The notes beneath the pieces are model-generated. The model saw nothing but the letters and a program-made list of their open reading frames with translations. It made no database searches and was not told the origin of the DNA. A stretch of 29,427 nt of DNA from Eledone cirrhosa (Eukaryota), in assembly GCA_964016885.1 (NCBI GenBank), contig CAXHJY010001249.1, positions 1 through 29,427 on the forward strand, read 5' to 3'. This document shows positions 1 through 18,924 of this stretch, piece by piece. The first letter of the stretch is position 1; each line of letters opens with the position of its first letter. A program made the position numbers and the translations under genes.

Positions 1-1570
<1,570 letters not shown>

Positions 1571-1690
1571 CAGTGAGTGTGTTCTGTTATTAATTCTGGC
1601 AATATTACGCAAATATGACCCTCCCCAAATATAACAATATCTGTTTCGACACACGATTTCATATAAAAAACCTCGCAAAACTAATTCATC
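1571..1690 (+). repeat. Short (~120 bp) TA-flanked dispersed repeat with TATGACCCTCCCCAAATATAACAATA core
   Basis: The left half (1571-1640) recurs at 19447-19510 and 19686-19754. The right half (1641-1685) recurs reverse-complemented at 19287-19333 and partly at 19587-19612. Confidence 0.8.
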
Positions 1691-1701
1691 GCCGCTATAT
1701 A

Positions 1702-1761
<60 letters not shown>

Positions 1762-1864
1762 CATATATATATATACATATATATATGACCGGGATATATG
1801 ACCGGGATATATGACCTCAGAATGCCAAGGGCCATAACTGAGTGCAAATCCCGCCGAGGTTAAA

Positions 1865-1905
<41 letters not shown>

Positions 1906-1915
1906 ATTGTGTGTC

Positions 1916-1968
<53 letters not shown>

Positions 1969-1993
1969 TATATAAATGTATGTATGTATGTAT

Positions 1994-2103
1994 AAGGTAA
2001 ACAGAAATAACACGATCGGTACAGTATATGGAATGTATATATTAGGTTAACGCTTGATATAAGAAGAAGAGGGTCTTAACGTTTCGGACGCTAGTCCCTT
2101 CAT
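1994..2103 (-). mobile_element. Probable Penelope-like pLTR 3' fragment with truncated hammerhead remnant
   Basis: Minus strand reads ATGAAG-GGAC-TAGC-GTCC-GAAACGTT (stem II + GAAA; the 5' core is lost into TA). Its end AAGGTAAACAGAAATAA (1994-2010) is identical to 19195-19211. Confidence 0.45.
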
Positions 2104-2262
2104 ATATATATTAGTATTGGTGCTCTGAAATAGCGATATATATGAAAGTATGTATAGTATATTTGGCGATATACCGTATGTTTTATTAAAAACATTAGAA
2201 GACCTCACGCTATCAGTTTTAAAGTAGTGTCCATGTCACTTACTTTCGGCGAAAGAACGAGA

Positions 2263-2306
<44 letters not shown>

Positions 2307-2514
2307 TAATTAATTAATATATATATATACATATATTAATACATATATACATATAAAATACATATATACACACACACATTATATATACATATACACGCAT
2401 GTGTAATTTCTATATTTAATACATATATGTATACATATATATATATGTATATATATATTATATAATATATATATAGAGAGATTATAAAATATAAGTTACT
2501 TTGGTCTGGGAAAA

Positions 2515-2647
2515 TTACCAAATTTGTGGCCAACGAGAATGAGACTACCAAAACTGCTGAAATGACTGATTGAATAGAAGCATCGTCCTTCGTGAGGGAT
2601 ATCAAGGGGACGCCTTCCGGCCCTTTAATAGAGGTACCCTTTTGAAA
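2515..2647 (+). repeat. Dispersed repeat, diverged inverted copy of 3859-4002
   Basis: ACCAAAT..CGAGAATGA..AATAGAAGCA..TCGTCCTTCGTGA..CAAGGG..CTTCCGGCC..TAGAG..CCCTTTTGAAA aligns by eye with the reverse complement of 3859-4002. Confidence 0.75.
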
Positions 2648-3013
2648 AATAAACTGCATGTGAGATGTGGGTTTGACGCACAAAAGTTGTATATCGTGGG
2701 AGGCCCAAAAGTCTCCAGCAGGAAATAATGGTTTTAATATATATATATATATATATAGTAAAAGAATTAAGAATTCTTTTACTATATATATATATATGCA
2801 TGGTCGGCTGTACAATAAGGTTATTCTTCATTCTTTTACTATTATTACTCCAAGAACCGCCTGCTTAGGAACTTTCTTAAACCGGCCACTCGACTAAGGA
2901 AACTTCTTGTTGAGTCAAACAACGCCGTACGTTAAAACTTCCTCGATACAGAGTACTCATAACCTCTAACTGGATTACCTTGAACGATATCTTGTTATCC
3001 TATATATATAAAG

Positions 3014-3044
<31 letters not shown>

Positions 3045-3051
3045 TATAGAT

Positions 3052-3831
3052 CTGTTTCTTTATTAGCCACAGGGGCACGAAAGAAGGGGACAATTACAAA
3101 GGAGGAAGTTTACATACAATAAAAACGTGTAAAATGCTATCACAAATGTAATTTAAAAATTAATCGATATTTCCCCAATAGGGGGAGACATTTCATATGG
3201 GTAACACATTCCCCGAAAAATGTGCAACCCTCATCTCTAAGAGTACGAAGAGTTTGTACCCCTTTCCTCTCTTCCTCTTTTTGCTCAACCTACAGGCTGA
3301 TATACAGAGTAGGCCCATTCATTCGGGCATTCTCGCCACTTTCACCCACCTTTCATAAAACTTGCTGGATACAGCACCTCTCTCCCCATCCTGATTCTTC
3401 TTCTAAAGTGGTATTTGAAAAAAAGAATCAGTTGTTGGCCGGAGAGAAGGTGTCTGACCTCAGCCCTTTTAACCTCGTCCCACCATACAACTCTTTCGCC
3501 ATAGCTATCACACGTTTTTGAAGGAGGGTGGCGGTTTGATCATGACAATGGACTCGGTGGTCAACCGGATAGGTCCCACCCGCGGACAATAGTCGTTCTA
3601 CATAGCCCCACAGGTCGGTAACGCCCGGGCAGTGTACGAACGCGAGCGCGACGGTTTCTTCGTCTCGCACGCATCTCGGACAGATCTTTTTCGAAGGGTC
3701 CCTGCCCGGGCGCCCGTGTCTGTAGAGCTTGTCTCGAACTGGTAGAGCTCCTCGGTAGCACTGCCAGGCTAGGGACTTTTGGAAGTTGTCCATCGGTCCA
3801 GGGCGGATGGTCCCACCGAACAAACTGGCCA
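3052..3831 (-). mobile_element. 5'-truncated L1/Tx1-clade non-LTR retrotransposon 3' end (ORF2 C-terminus + 3' UTR)
   Basis: zf-RVT-like motif in ORF 3428-3823; AATAAA on the minus strand at 3059-3064 just before the end; flanked by (GATA)n/(GA)n. Confidence 0.8.
3330..3823 (-). pseudogene. Frameshifted ORF2 C-terminus with zf-RVT zinc knuckle
   Basis: SLAWQCYRGALPVRDKL...CPRC..EETVALAFVHCP...LW matches the zf-RVT pattern with the His ligand replaced. It continues through frameshifts (ESIVMIKPPPSF / AMAKE / VWW / LSGQQLILFFKYHFRRRIR). Confidence 0.75.
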
Positions 3832-3858
3832 GTAGATAGATAGATAGATAGATAAATA

Positions 3859-4002
3859 TTTCAAAGGGGCTTCTCTATATTAAGGCCCGAAGTTGTCCCT
3901 TGTTATCCATCACGAAGTACGATGTGGCATGATTGCTTCTATTGAACCTGTCCTTCCTGAAGATTTTGATCGTTTCATTCTCGGTAGCTACCTATTTGGT
4001 AA
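3859..4002 (-). repeat. Dispersed repeat, inverted copy of 2515-2647
   Basis: Reverse complement aligns to 2515-2647 with substitutions and one ~10-bp indel. Confidence 0.75.
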
Positions 4003-4193
4003 CGTTATGTCAGATATAGTGTGTTGGGAATTAACGCCACTGATACATCCCAGATCGGCCATATCAGGGTTGCAGAAAACAGAGCAGTACTGTTTCTGCA
4101 GTATCTCGCCCATGGTTTACAAGTGCCATTTCCACCAATCAAAGGGACAACAGTGGAGACAGTGACATTGCGTTTTTTCACAAATGAAAAGAA

Positions 4194-8258
<4,065 letters not shown>

Positions 8259-9078
8259 GATATTAAACAAATGGAAACTATATTTATAAAACCATATTTA
8301 TTTCAATATATATATTTCAGGGATATCATATTAAAAATATGGTATGCCTTCCTCAGACAAAATACAATATATAAACCGTTTTATAAATAAATTTGACATA
8401 CCTTAAACATTACAACTTCCATTTAAAAAGTTGATTTGGTAGTGAGAATGTTAAGGACAGTTAGAAAGAAAGACGAAGAGAAAAAAGAAGGAAAGTGTAT
8501 AGTGCTAAGGACGAAGAGAAGAAGAAAGAAAGTGTATAGTGCTAAGGACAGTTAGATAGGAAGACGAAGAAGATGAAGAGTTGTATGTAAAGAAAAAACA
8601 ACAGAGCGAGATAGAGAAAGAGATATGGGAGAGCGAAATATATTGAGGGAGTGAAAAATGATAGGCAGCTTGGGCACAGATGATCAACGTACAAATGAGA
8701 GATTAAGGAGGGAAGGGGGTACTGTAATTATTTATTTATTTATTTATTTAGTTATAGTGTTAAGGATACGGAGAGAAATAAAAATAAAAATAAAAATAAA
8801 TAAAGAGAGGTATAGAGAGATATAGGTGGTGGGAGAAAAGAGGTAGATCGAGTAATATCTATCATACGAGGTGGGAGAGATACAGTTAAATCAGCCGATA
8901 CATAGATCACGTCAAGTGTAGAGGGAGGAGGAGAAGAAAATAAATATATTCAGAAAGAAAGATGATAGATTTAAAATATTATGTTTCATCCATTTGAATT
9001 ATCAATTCATATGAATTAGGTATTATAATGTAAATATCAATATTCATGAATGAGACACATATCAATAATGTGTGAAAA

Positions 9079-10095
<1,017 letters not shown>

Positions 10096-10757
10096 TGCAA
10101 TTCATTTTTGCCAGCTCAGTTAATCGTAGCAGCAAGAACTAAAGTCTAGTTGAAGGACACAACGTCGTCGAGAACCGAACTCTGTACTTACGTTATTCTC
10201 ATTCATATGCAAACGTACGTACTTATGAAGAACCACACACACACACATACATACACACACACACATTCTCTTTCCCTCTCTCAATCACACAGAATCTACA
10301 CTGCTTATTTCTCTCCATTCTATCCTCCACATTATTTAAATCTATCCCTCTCAATTATTTTCACTTTATCATCTCCTGTTTGCCTTACTCCCTCTTCTTA
10401 CTACACCCCCCACTTCCCTTTTAAAACACACAAAACAAACTCATTGATCCCCTTAATTGCAATTCGAAATCCCAGCCCCTTTCTCTTTTCTCCAATCACC
10501 ACAATTAAACCCTTTAATATGAAGCTAAACAATAGATGGCAGGGAAAAAGCTCCTTAAAGATTATATCGTCCACCATTTGAATATTAATTAAGTTGAATG
10601 CTCGCCTAATATTGTTTTCGAGGATGAAAAACAGTGTTTATGGGAGGCGAGGGTTGTATGGTGGCTGTGTTATGGTTATGAAGGGCCAGGTGTGTTATAT
10701 TGCTACATTATGGATTATCGTATTGTTATTCTGAGTCATAGTTAACCTAGTGAACCC

Positions 10758-11060
10758 AGCATGACCGAATGGTTAAGGAGTTTGTTTCGCAATTTTGGGC
10801 AAATGTCTTTTACCATAATCTCGACTAAATCTAAGTCTCATGATATAAATTTGGTAGCCACAAACTATTTGGAAGTACGGCGAATGGACTGTACTTATAC
10901 AAACTGTGTCACGGCGAATCTCCTTGACAATTACATTAAGGGTACACGTGTCTGTGGAATGTGCAGCCGCTTGTACGTTAATTATACGAACATACAGTTC
11001 AGTTGCTCGAACAACTCGACCACTCATCGTCGGAACCGACGGGAGTCCAACAGCAACATC
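10758..11060 (+). mobile_element. Decayed tRNA-derived SINE (second family)
   Basis: A-box-like TGACCGAATGGTTAAG head; body resembles cephalopod SINEs from recall; ends in a CAACAGCAAC tail. Confidence 0.5.
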
Positions 11061-11184
11061 TATGACAGTGAGCCAACGAAGGGATCTTCTACGTGAATAT
11101 ATTGGACAATGTAGATTTACATGTATTATGTCTTAGAAAAACGATGACGGGGTGGTCATAATTGAAACACCCTTAATCATAGGT

Positions 11185-11332
11185 GAGTACACATGTCCTG
11201 ACGAGGTCGAGTTTGCCTTTCACCCTTTCGGATTCGATAAAATAAGTACCAGTCACGTTCTGGTGTCGATGTTATCGACTCTGTCCTCCTCCCTAGAAGT
11301 TTATGAACTTGAGTTTCTATAAGAAAACAATT
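11185..11332 (+). mobile_element. 5'-truncated tRNA-derived SINE with 6-bp TSD (ATAGGT)
   Basis: Core TTTGCCTTTCACCCTTTCGGATTCGATAAAATAAGTACCAG; ATAGGT at 11179-11184 and 11333-11338. Confidence 0.8.
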
Positions 11333-11374
11333 ATAGGTCTGCTCGAGAGGAGCTGACCTGGGGTTAAACGAAGG

Positions 11375-11605
11375 CTGTGAATTGTCGTTAGAAGTTCGGG
11401 TAGAACACTTCATGAAATTCGTTCCGAATCTCTGTGTTCTGAGTTCAAATCACGCCGATAACAATATTGCCTTTAAATCTTTTAAGGTCGATAAATAAAG
11501 TACCAGTTCAGTACTGGGATTGATTCCTCCTCTATCCCTATATCTTTCTCATTCCCCCCTCTCTCTCTCTGTATGGGAGAAATTAGCTGTGTGGCTCCGC
11601 CACCA
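11375..11605 (+). mobile_element. tRNA-derived SINE with (CT)-rich spacer and partial 3' module
   Basis: B-box GAGTTCAAATC at 11441-11451; core GGTCGATAAATAAAGTACCAG; CT tract, then GGAGAAATTAGCTGT. Confidence 0.75.
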
Positions 11606-11650
11606 TCACCCAATCAAGAGTTATGAGTCTATTGCGATGGTATGGTGTGA

Positions 11651-12115
11651 CTAAACAACAACGACACTAACACGACGACCACCACCACCACTATCACCAC
11701 CAACAACAACACTAACACCACCACCACCACCGCCACCACTAACACGACGACGACGACCACCAACAACAACAACACTAACACGACGACGACGACCACCACC
11801 ACCACCGCTAACACGACGACGACCACCACCACCAACAACACCACCACTAACACGACGACGACCACCACCACCACCACCGCCACCAACACGACGACGACCA
11901 CCACCACCACCACCGCCACCAACAACAACAACAACAACACTAACACGACGACGACGACGACCACCACCACCACCGCTAACACGACGACGACCACCACCAC
12001 CAACAACAACACTAACACGACGACGACCACCACCAACACTAACACCACCACCACCACCAACAACAACACTAACACGACGACGACGAGAACCACCAACATC
12101 AACAACATGAACAAA
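11651..12115. repeat. Compound trinucleotide array (AAC/ACC/ACG) with recurring ACTAACACG anchor
   Basis: Seen directly; gives the poly-V/L ORF on the minus strand. Confidence 0.92.
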
Positions 12116-12492
12116 AAGAAGGAAACTAGGTGGTGGCTCGGTTCAGGTAGCTTCAAATAATCACCATTGGCAGGTGGTAGAACGGTGAAATAGTTGTACT
12201 TAAACTGAATAATTAACTAACACCAACATAAACTGATACTAAATTGCTGACAAGGCAATGAAGTAGCCTTTATGAGGTTCGATGCCTCTAGCTTGGAGAA
12301 AAAGACGACATAGTTATAACTGATCTACCTTGGATCATAGGTCTGCTCAATCAAGGTTGACATGTAGATAAACGACACTAACAATAACACAACTATAGTG
12401 TATACTTAATATATAATGACAACATAAGGATAATGTATTATTAACTAGTGCCTCGTCATTATCTCAATCTAATGACTCCAAACCGTCTAAGG

Positions 12493-13192
12493 CAGTAGTC
12501 CTCAACCTGGAGTTCCCAAAAGGTCGTACTGAAGACCCGGGAGCTAAGTTCAAATTTTCAATGACTTTGTTAAAAACATAATTTACATATACTACTGGGA
12601 ATCCATTCATCTCCAATAATAAGGTTTTCTCTCTTTTGGTTGTCATTATCACCGTGTTGCAGCTAATTGGTAGAGTAGTTATAGAATGTGGTGTTTGTTT
12701 CGGCTTTCTGTGCTTCCAGAGTTAAAACCAGCTGAGGTCAACTTTGCCTTTCATCCTCGATAAAAAAATTATCAGTCCCATATTGGGGGTTGATTCCTCC
12801 CCTGTATTTCACTTCCTAGCTGAAACTCTCATTCTCTGGAAAAAATCGGTTTCGGTTGTGTTCAGATCTGGAGATGGGATGGGCTCCACCAAGTTTGAAT
12901 TTCCCAACTCTCGCCGTATGTCACTACGGCACCTTTACGACTCCAGCAGAAGTTACGTGTCTATACATACAGACATACAGACCGTCAGACAAATAGATCG
13001 ATAGACAGAGACAGGCATACATACATGAATACACACACACATACATACATACTCATACATACAGACAGACATACATACATGCATATGACTGTATACCAAG
13101 TGTATAAGAATAGTAATTATATTGCTGGTCAGTGGAAAAAAAGCCATTTAAATATAAAGGGTCCTTAGGAGAGAAAAGATTGAGGAACACCG
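12493..13192 (+). mobile_element. Old hAT (Charlie-like) non-autonomous DNA transposon carrying a nested SINE
   Basis: Left end CAGTAGTCCTCAACCT vs reverse complement of the right end CGGTGTTCCTCAATCT (12/16); 8-bp flanks GTCTAAGG / GTCAAACG (6/8). Confidence 0.6.
12660..12905 (+). mobile_element. tRNA-derived SINE nested in the hAT element
   Basis: TTGGTAGAGT A-box-like head; GAGGTCAACTTTGCCTTTCATCC core; 3' module TGGAAAAAATCGG...GGGCTCCACCA. Confidence 0.7.
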
Positions 13193-13505
13193 GTCAAACG
13201 GATATAGAAGAATCAACATGGTGTGTCGTATTTACATCCCATTAAACATCAACAGTAAACAAATAAATTAACAAGTTGTTCAAAAGTGAGATGAATGACA
13301 CCTTACAAATATGAGAATTCCTAAAGAATCACACAGTCTTGATGAGGGTCCATAAGACCATACCATATATACAACCCTTCTTTTTATTTAGAATCAATTA
13401 ACTCTCATATTTCATTGTATTGCAAATCCTATAACTTAAAACTAAAGAAAATATTGTTAGTCTTGTTCTAAAACAATTTGAGGGAGGGGCCGTTTACCAC
13501 AAAGA

Positions 13506-13720
13506 GGCAGCGAATTGGTAGAATTTTTAGAAAGTTGGAGAGAATGCTGTGTTTTATTCGTTCCGGCTCTTTGCATTTTTAGTTCAAAACCAGCCGTGGT
13601 CAACTTTTCCTTTCATCCTTTCGAGGTCGATAAAATAAAGTACCAGTCCAGTACTGGGGCCGATTCGTCTTCCATATCTCTTTCTCGCTTCCCCTCGACA
13701 CCCTCTCTCTCTCCTTTCCT
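13506..13720 (+). mobile_element. tRNA-derived SINE
   Basis: A-box-like TTGGTAGAATT, B-box-like AGTTCAAAAC (13581-13590), core TTTCATCCTTTCGAGGTCGATAAAATAAAGTACCAG, then CT-rich tract. Confidence 0.85.
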
Positions 13721-13732
13721 TGAAAGAGTATC

Positions 13733-13897
13733 TACAACAACGATAACAACAACAACAACGGCAACAACAAAAACGACGATAACAACACAAATACCAGCGA
13801 CAACAACACCAATAATAAAGACAGTACCAACAACAACAACAACAACAACAACAGCAATAACAACAACGACGACGAGAATAACCAACAAAACAACAAT
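13733..13897. repeat. Degenerate (ACA)n microsatellite
   Basis: Seen directly. Confidence 0.9.
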
Positions 13898-14430
13898 CCA
13901 ACGTTGTACTAAATATCTCTTGAACATATTAATATATTATACTCGACATATTTTAAACGCCCTCAAATCAATTGTGCATTGATGTGTTTCCTGGGGTTAC
14001 AATGATGGATTGAGAATATATTGGCTCCGCTTTTCCGCCATGTTGCTTTTAACTTCGAATATATTAATATTTCACACGTTGGTTGAAAAGACAGAACTCT
14101 GCGCTCTGTCTGTGCTCCTCTATCGCACGCACACACACACACACACAGTAGGTAAATATAAATCTATATAGCGAGACTAATCGTGTAATTCGATACTATT
14201 ACATGACTGGAGGTAAATTAACCAAAACCTGCACCTTCCTTCATTTATACATGCATGCATTCGTTACCACACACACACACACACACACACCTTGTTTATC
14301 TAAGCGATCATTTCTTTTCAAAGGTTCAATGCGATCAACGTGTAATAAACAAGGACTCCGACCTTTAGGAAATATACTGCCAAATGTAAGGACCCCTAAC
14401 TTCTAGAGCCCTAGAAGCACCGTAGTCACA

Positions 14431-14506
14431 AACAGCATATTTTGGGTACTTTTTAAAAACGTGGTTGGGCCCATTTCTCTCCAGGGATGAGTACAGCCGA
14501 TTTTTC

Positions 14507-14585
<79 letters not shown>

Positions 14586-14720
14586 CGAGCCTAGTATTAG
14601 GCTGGTGCATTATCTTATCGACCTCGAAAGGATGAAAGGCAAAGTTCCCTTGGGCGGGTTTTGAACGAATGCTGCAAAACATTCTACCCGACGTTCTAAC
14701 GACTCTATCAAGTCACCGCC
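14431..14720 (-). mobile_element. tRNA-derived SINE with internal pure (CT)n and ~80-bp 3' module
   Basis: Reverse complement of the core at 14615-14646; (GA)n at 14517-14580; module 14431-14510 matches 15108-15183 inverted. Confidence 0.85.
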
Positions 14721-15107
14721 TATATTTTCAGATAAGTAAAAAAAGAATGGAGTTAAATAAAGGAGATTTATGAAAACTGAAGAAAATTGATGATTATAGA
14801 ATAAAAACAAAACAAAAAATTGATGGACTAAACGACAGAAAATGAAAAAAAAATCAAGAAATATAGAGAAGACAAAAGAAAAGAGAGGACATGAGAGAAG
14901 AAAATGACAAAAGAAAGCAAAAGGTATAAGGGAAAAGAATATACAAAGCAAGAATACAAAGCGACAGACAAATACATACAGTCATAGATAGAGAGAACGA
15001 CATAATTATAATTTAATCAATCCTATTCTTTCGTACGAAATTGTATTTCCAGGAAATGGCTGAAGAGGAGATTAGATTATTGCATTCGTTTGTCGTTTGC
15101 TCTTTCT

Positions 15108-15183
15108 GGAAAAAATCGGCTGTACTCATCCTTAGACAGAGGTGAACCCCACCACGTTTTTAAGAAGTACCTAAGATATGCTG
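15108..15183 (+). repeat. Solo copy of the SINE-associated 3' module
   Basis: GGAAAAAATCGGCTGTACTCATCC...ACCACGTTTTTAAGAAGTACCTAAGATATGCTG; inverted match to 14434-14510. Confidence 0.75.
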
Positions 15184-15248
15184 CTTTATATTATAGGGGT
15201 AACTGTTTCACACCCACTTTTGATTTGATTTGATTTAACTACACATAC

Positions 15249-15307
<59 letters not shown>

Positions 15308-15380
15308 CATATATATAGGAAACAACGTAGATAGCAATAATAATAGCCTTACCGTGGGAACTAGAAGGGACCGCGACGGA

Positions 15381-15811
15381 AATTGCAACTGCCGTGACAG
15401 GGGACGCTGCCCCTTAGGGATAACTGTCTGACTGATAGGGTTATTTATAGGTGCACCGTAACTAGCCATAATAGCGTTAAACATTATATGGGGGCTACCT
15501 CTGGCCCGTTCAAAAATAGATTTCGAACACATCTCCACTCTTTCGCAAACAAGAAACTAAGACACTCCACTTCGCTCGCGAATTACATCACAGCATTAAA
15601 AGACTCAAACATCAGCTTCTCCAAGCACTGGGAAATTATCGGCAGAGCAGTACCGTACAATTTCAAGAGGAAGTGCGAGCTTTACATCATGGACCTTTAC
15701 CATATCATAACGGCACCCCACGAGCTCATCAATAGCAGAGCAGAAACGACGATAAACTGTACACACCGCTTAAAAATATTCTACTCCAGATGGAATAAGA
15801 ATGAGGAGTGA
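15381..15811 (+). pseudogene. PLE GIY-YIG endonuclease domain with one frameshift near 15418
   Basis: NCNCRDRGRCPLG / DNCLTDRVIYRCTV...HYMGATSGPFKNRFRTH..SF....STSLANYI..LK...WEI...CEL...INSRAE...CTH: Cys linker, VIY...YMG motif and catalytic-type Arg. Confidence 0.9.
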
Positions 15812-16185
15812 AAACCGTAAACCGGGTCACCCTGCACCAAACTATAACACCCCGGCGGGAAGGCGCTGCAAAAAACATCCGGAAACTAACCATACATCCC
15901 AGACCCGGCACGAATAGACCCAGGCGGGCAGACGCAGCAAACAAACATCTGGAAACTAACATTGCATACCTGACCCTGTGTGTATCGACAATGGTAAAGC
16001 AGTAACCACAAAGTAATAACGGATAATAAGTCGTCTAGAGAATACTGCTCTAACCCCGGTTAGAGTTATCTCCCTTGACCTACTGCAAAATCAATACATG
16101 TTTTTTACGAAGAATGAAATGTGACGTGAACTTATTTCTAAAAACCCATTCCGGGTCATGTAAGGAACGGTTTTTTGTTTTTTAT

Positions 16186-16225
16186 GCCCTTGAGAAGCCC
16201 ATTCGGGCGAAACGTACGTAGGTGC
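16186..16225 (+). ncRNA. Minimal type I hammerhead ribozyme, U3-A8 core variant
   Basis: GCCC-TTGAGAA-GCCC-ATTC-GGGC-GAAA-C-GTAC-G-TA-GGTGC; predicted cleavage after A16220. Confidence 0.75.
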
Positions 16226-16290
16226 TGTTTTAAATAAACATGTTTTAACGGTTTGTTCTCCTTTATTTACTTCACGTATATATATAATAT

Positions 16291-16550
16291 ATAATATATA
16301 AATGTATTATATAATATATAAATGTATTATATAATATATAAATGTATTATATAATATATAAATATATTATATAATATATAAATATATTATATAATATATA
16401 AATATATTATATAATATATAAATATATTATATAATATATAAATATATTATATAATATATAAATATATTATATAATATATAAATATATTATATAATATATA
16501 AATATATTATATAATATATAAATATATAATATAATATATAAATATATAAT
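16291..16550. repeat. 20-bp minisatellite, 13 units of ATAATATATAAATATATTAT
   Basis: 3 units with a G variant, 8 perfect units, 2 units with a TAAT variant. Confidence 0.9.
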
Positions 16551-18699
<2,149 letters not shown>

Positions 18700-18701
18700 A
18701 G

Positions 18702-18924
18702 AACACTGGAGGGTTATATCTGTAGTAGTACAGCACTCAGTCCATGGGACGAGTTAGGTGGAAGTAGTTCCACAACAGTTAGTTCACCATATCCTCAGCT
18801 CCTCGGATCCGAATAGGTGAACATTTGTTCTCGCTATGGTGAACTAACTGTTGTGGAGCTACTTCCACCTAACTCGTTCCATGGACTGAGTGCTGTACTA
18901 CTACAGATATAACCCTCCAGTGTT
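18702..18924. repeat. Long inverted repeat: 90-bp arms, 43-bp spacer
   Basis: 18702-18791 vs 18835-18924, 2 mismatches. Confidence 0.93.

Larger units (their letters stand above)
15319..16278 (+). mobile_element. 5'-truncated Penelope-like element (PLE) inserted in (TA)n
   Basis: GIY-YIG endonuclease remnant, 3' hammerhead motif, AATAAA at 16233-16238; both ends abut TA. Confidence 0.9.

Noticed and set aside
8451-8575. Purine-rich local duplication (GAAAGTGTATAGTGCTAAGGAC x2)
   Set aside because: Ordinary small tandem duplication in low-complexity DNA
11629-12156. Poly-Val/Leu ORF (-) or Thr/Asn mucin-like frame (+)
   Set aside because: Trinucleotide slippage array; no convincing splice sites or non-repetitive coding flanks
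13506-13600. tRNA gene from A/B boxes
   Set aside because: No cloverleaf; the boxes belong to a multicopy SINE head
13515-13982. 155-aa Thr-rich ORF and antisense poly-Cys/poly-Val ORFs
   Set aside because: Read-through of a SINE plus an (ACA)n microsatellite
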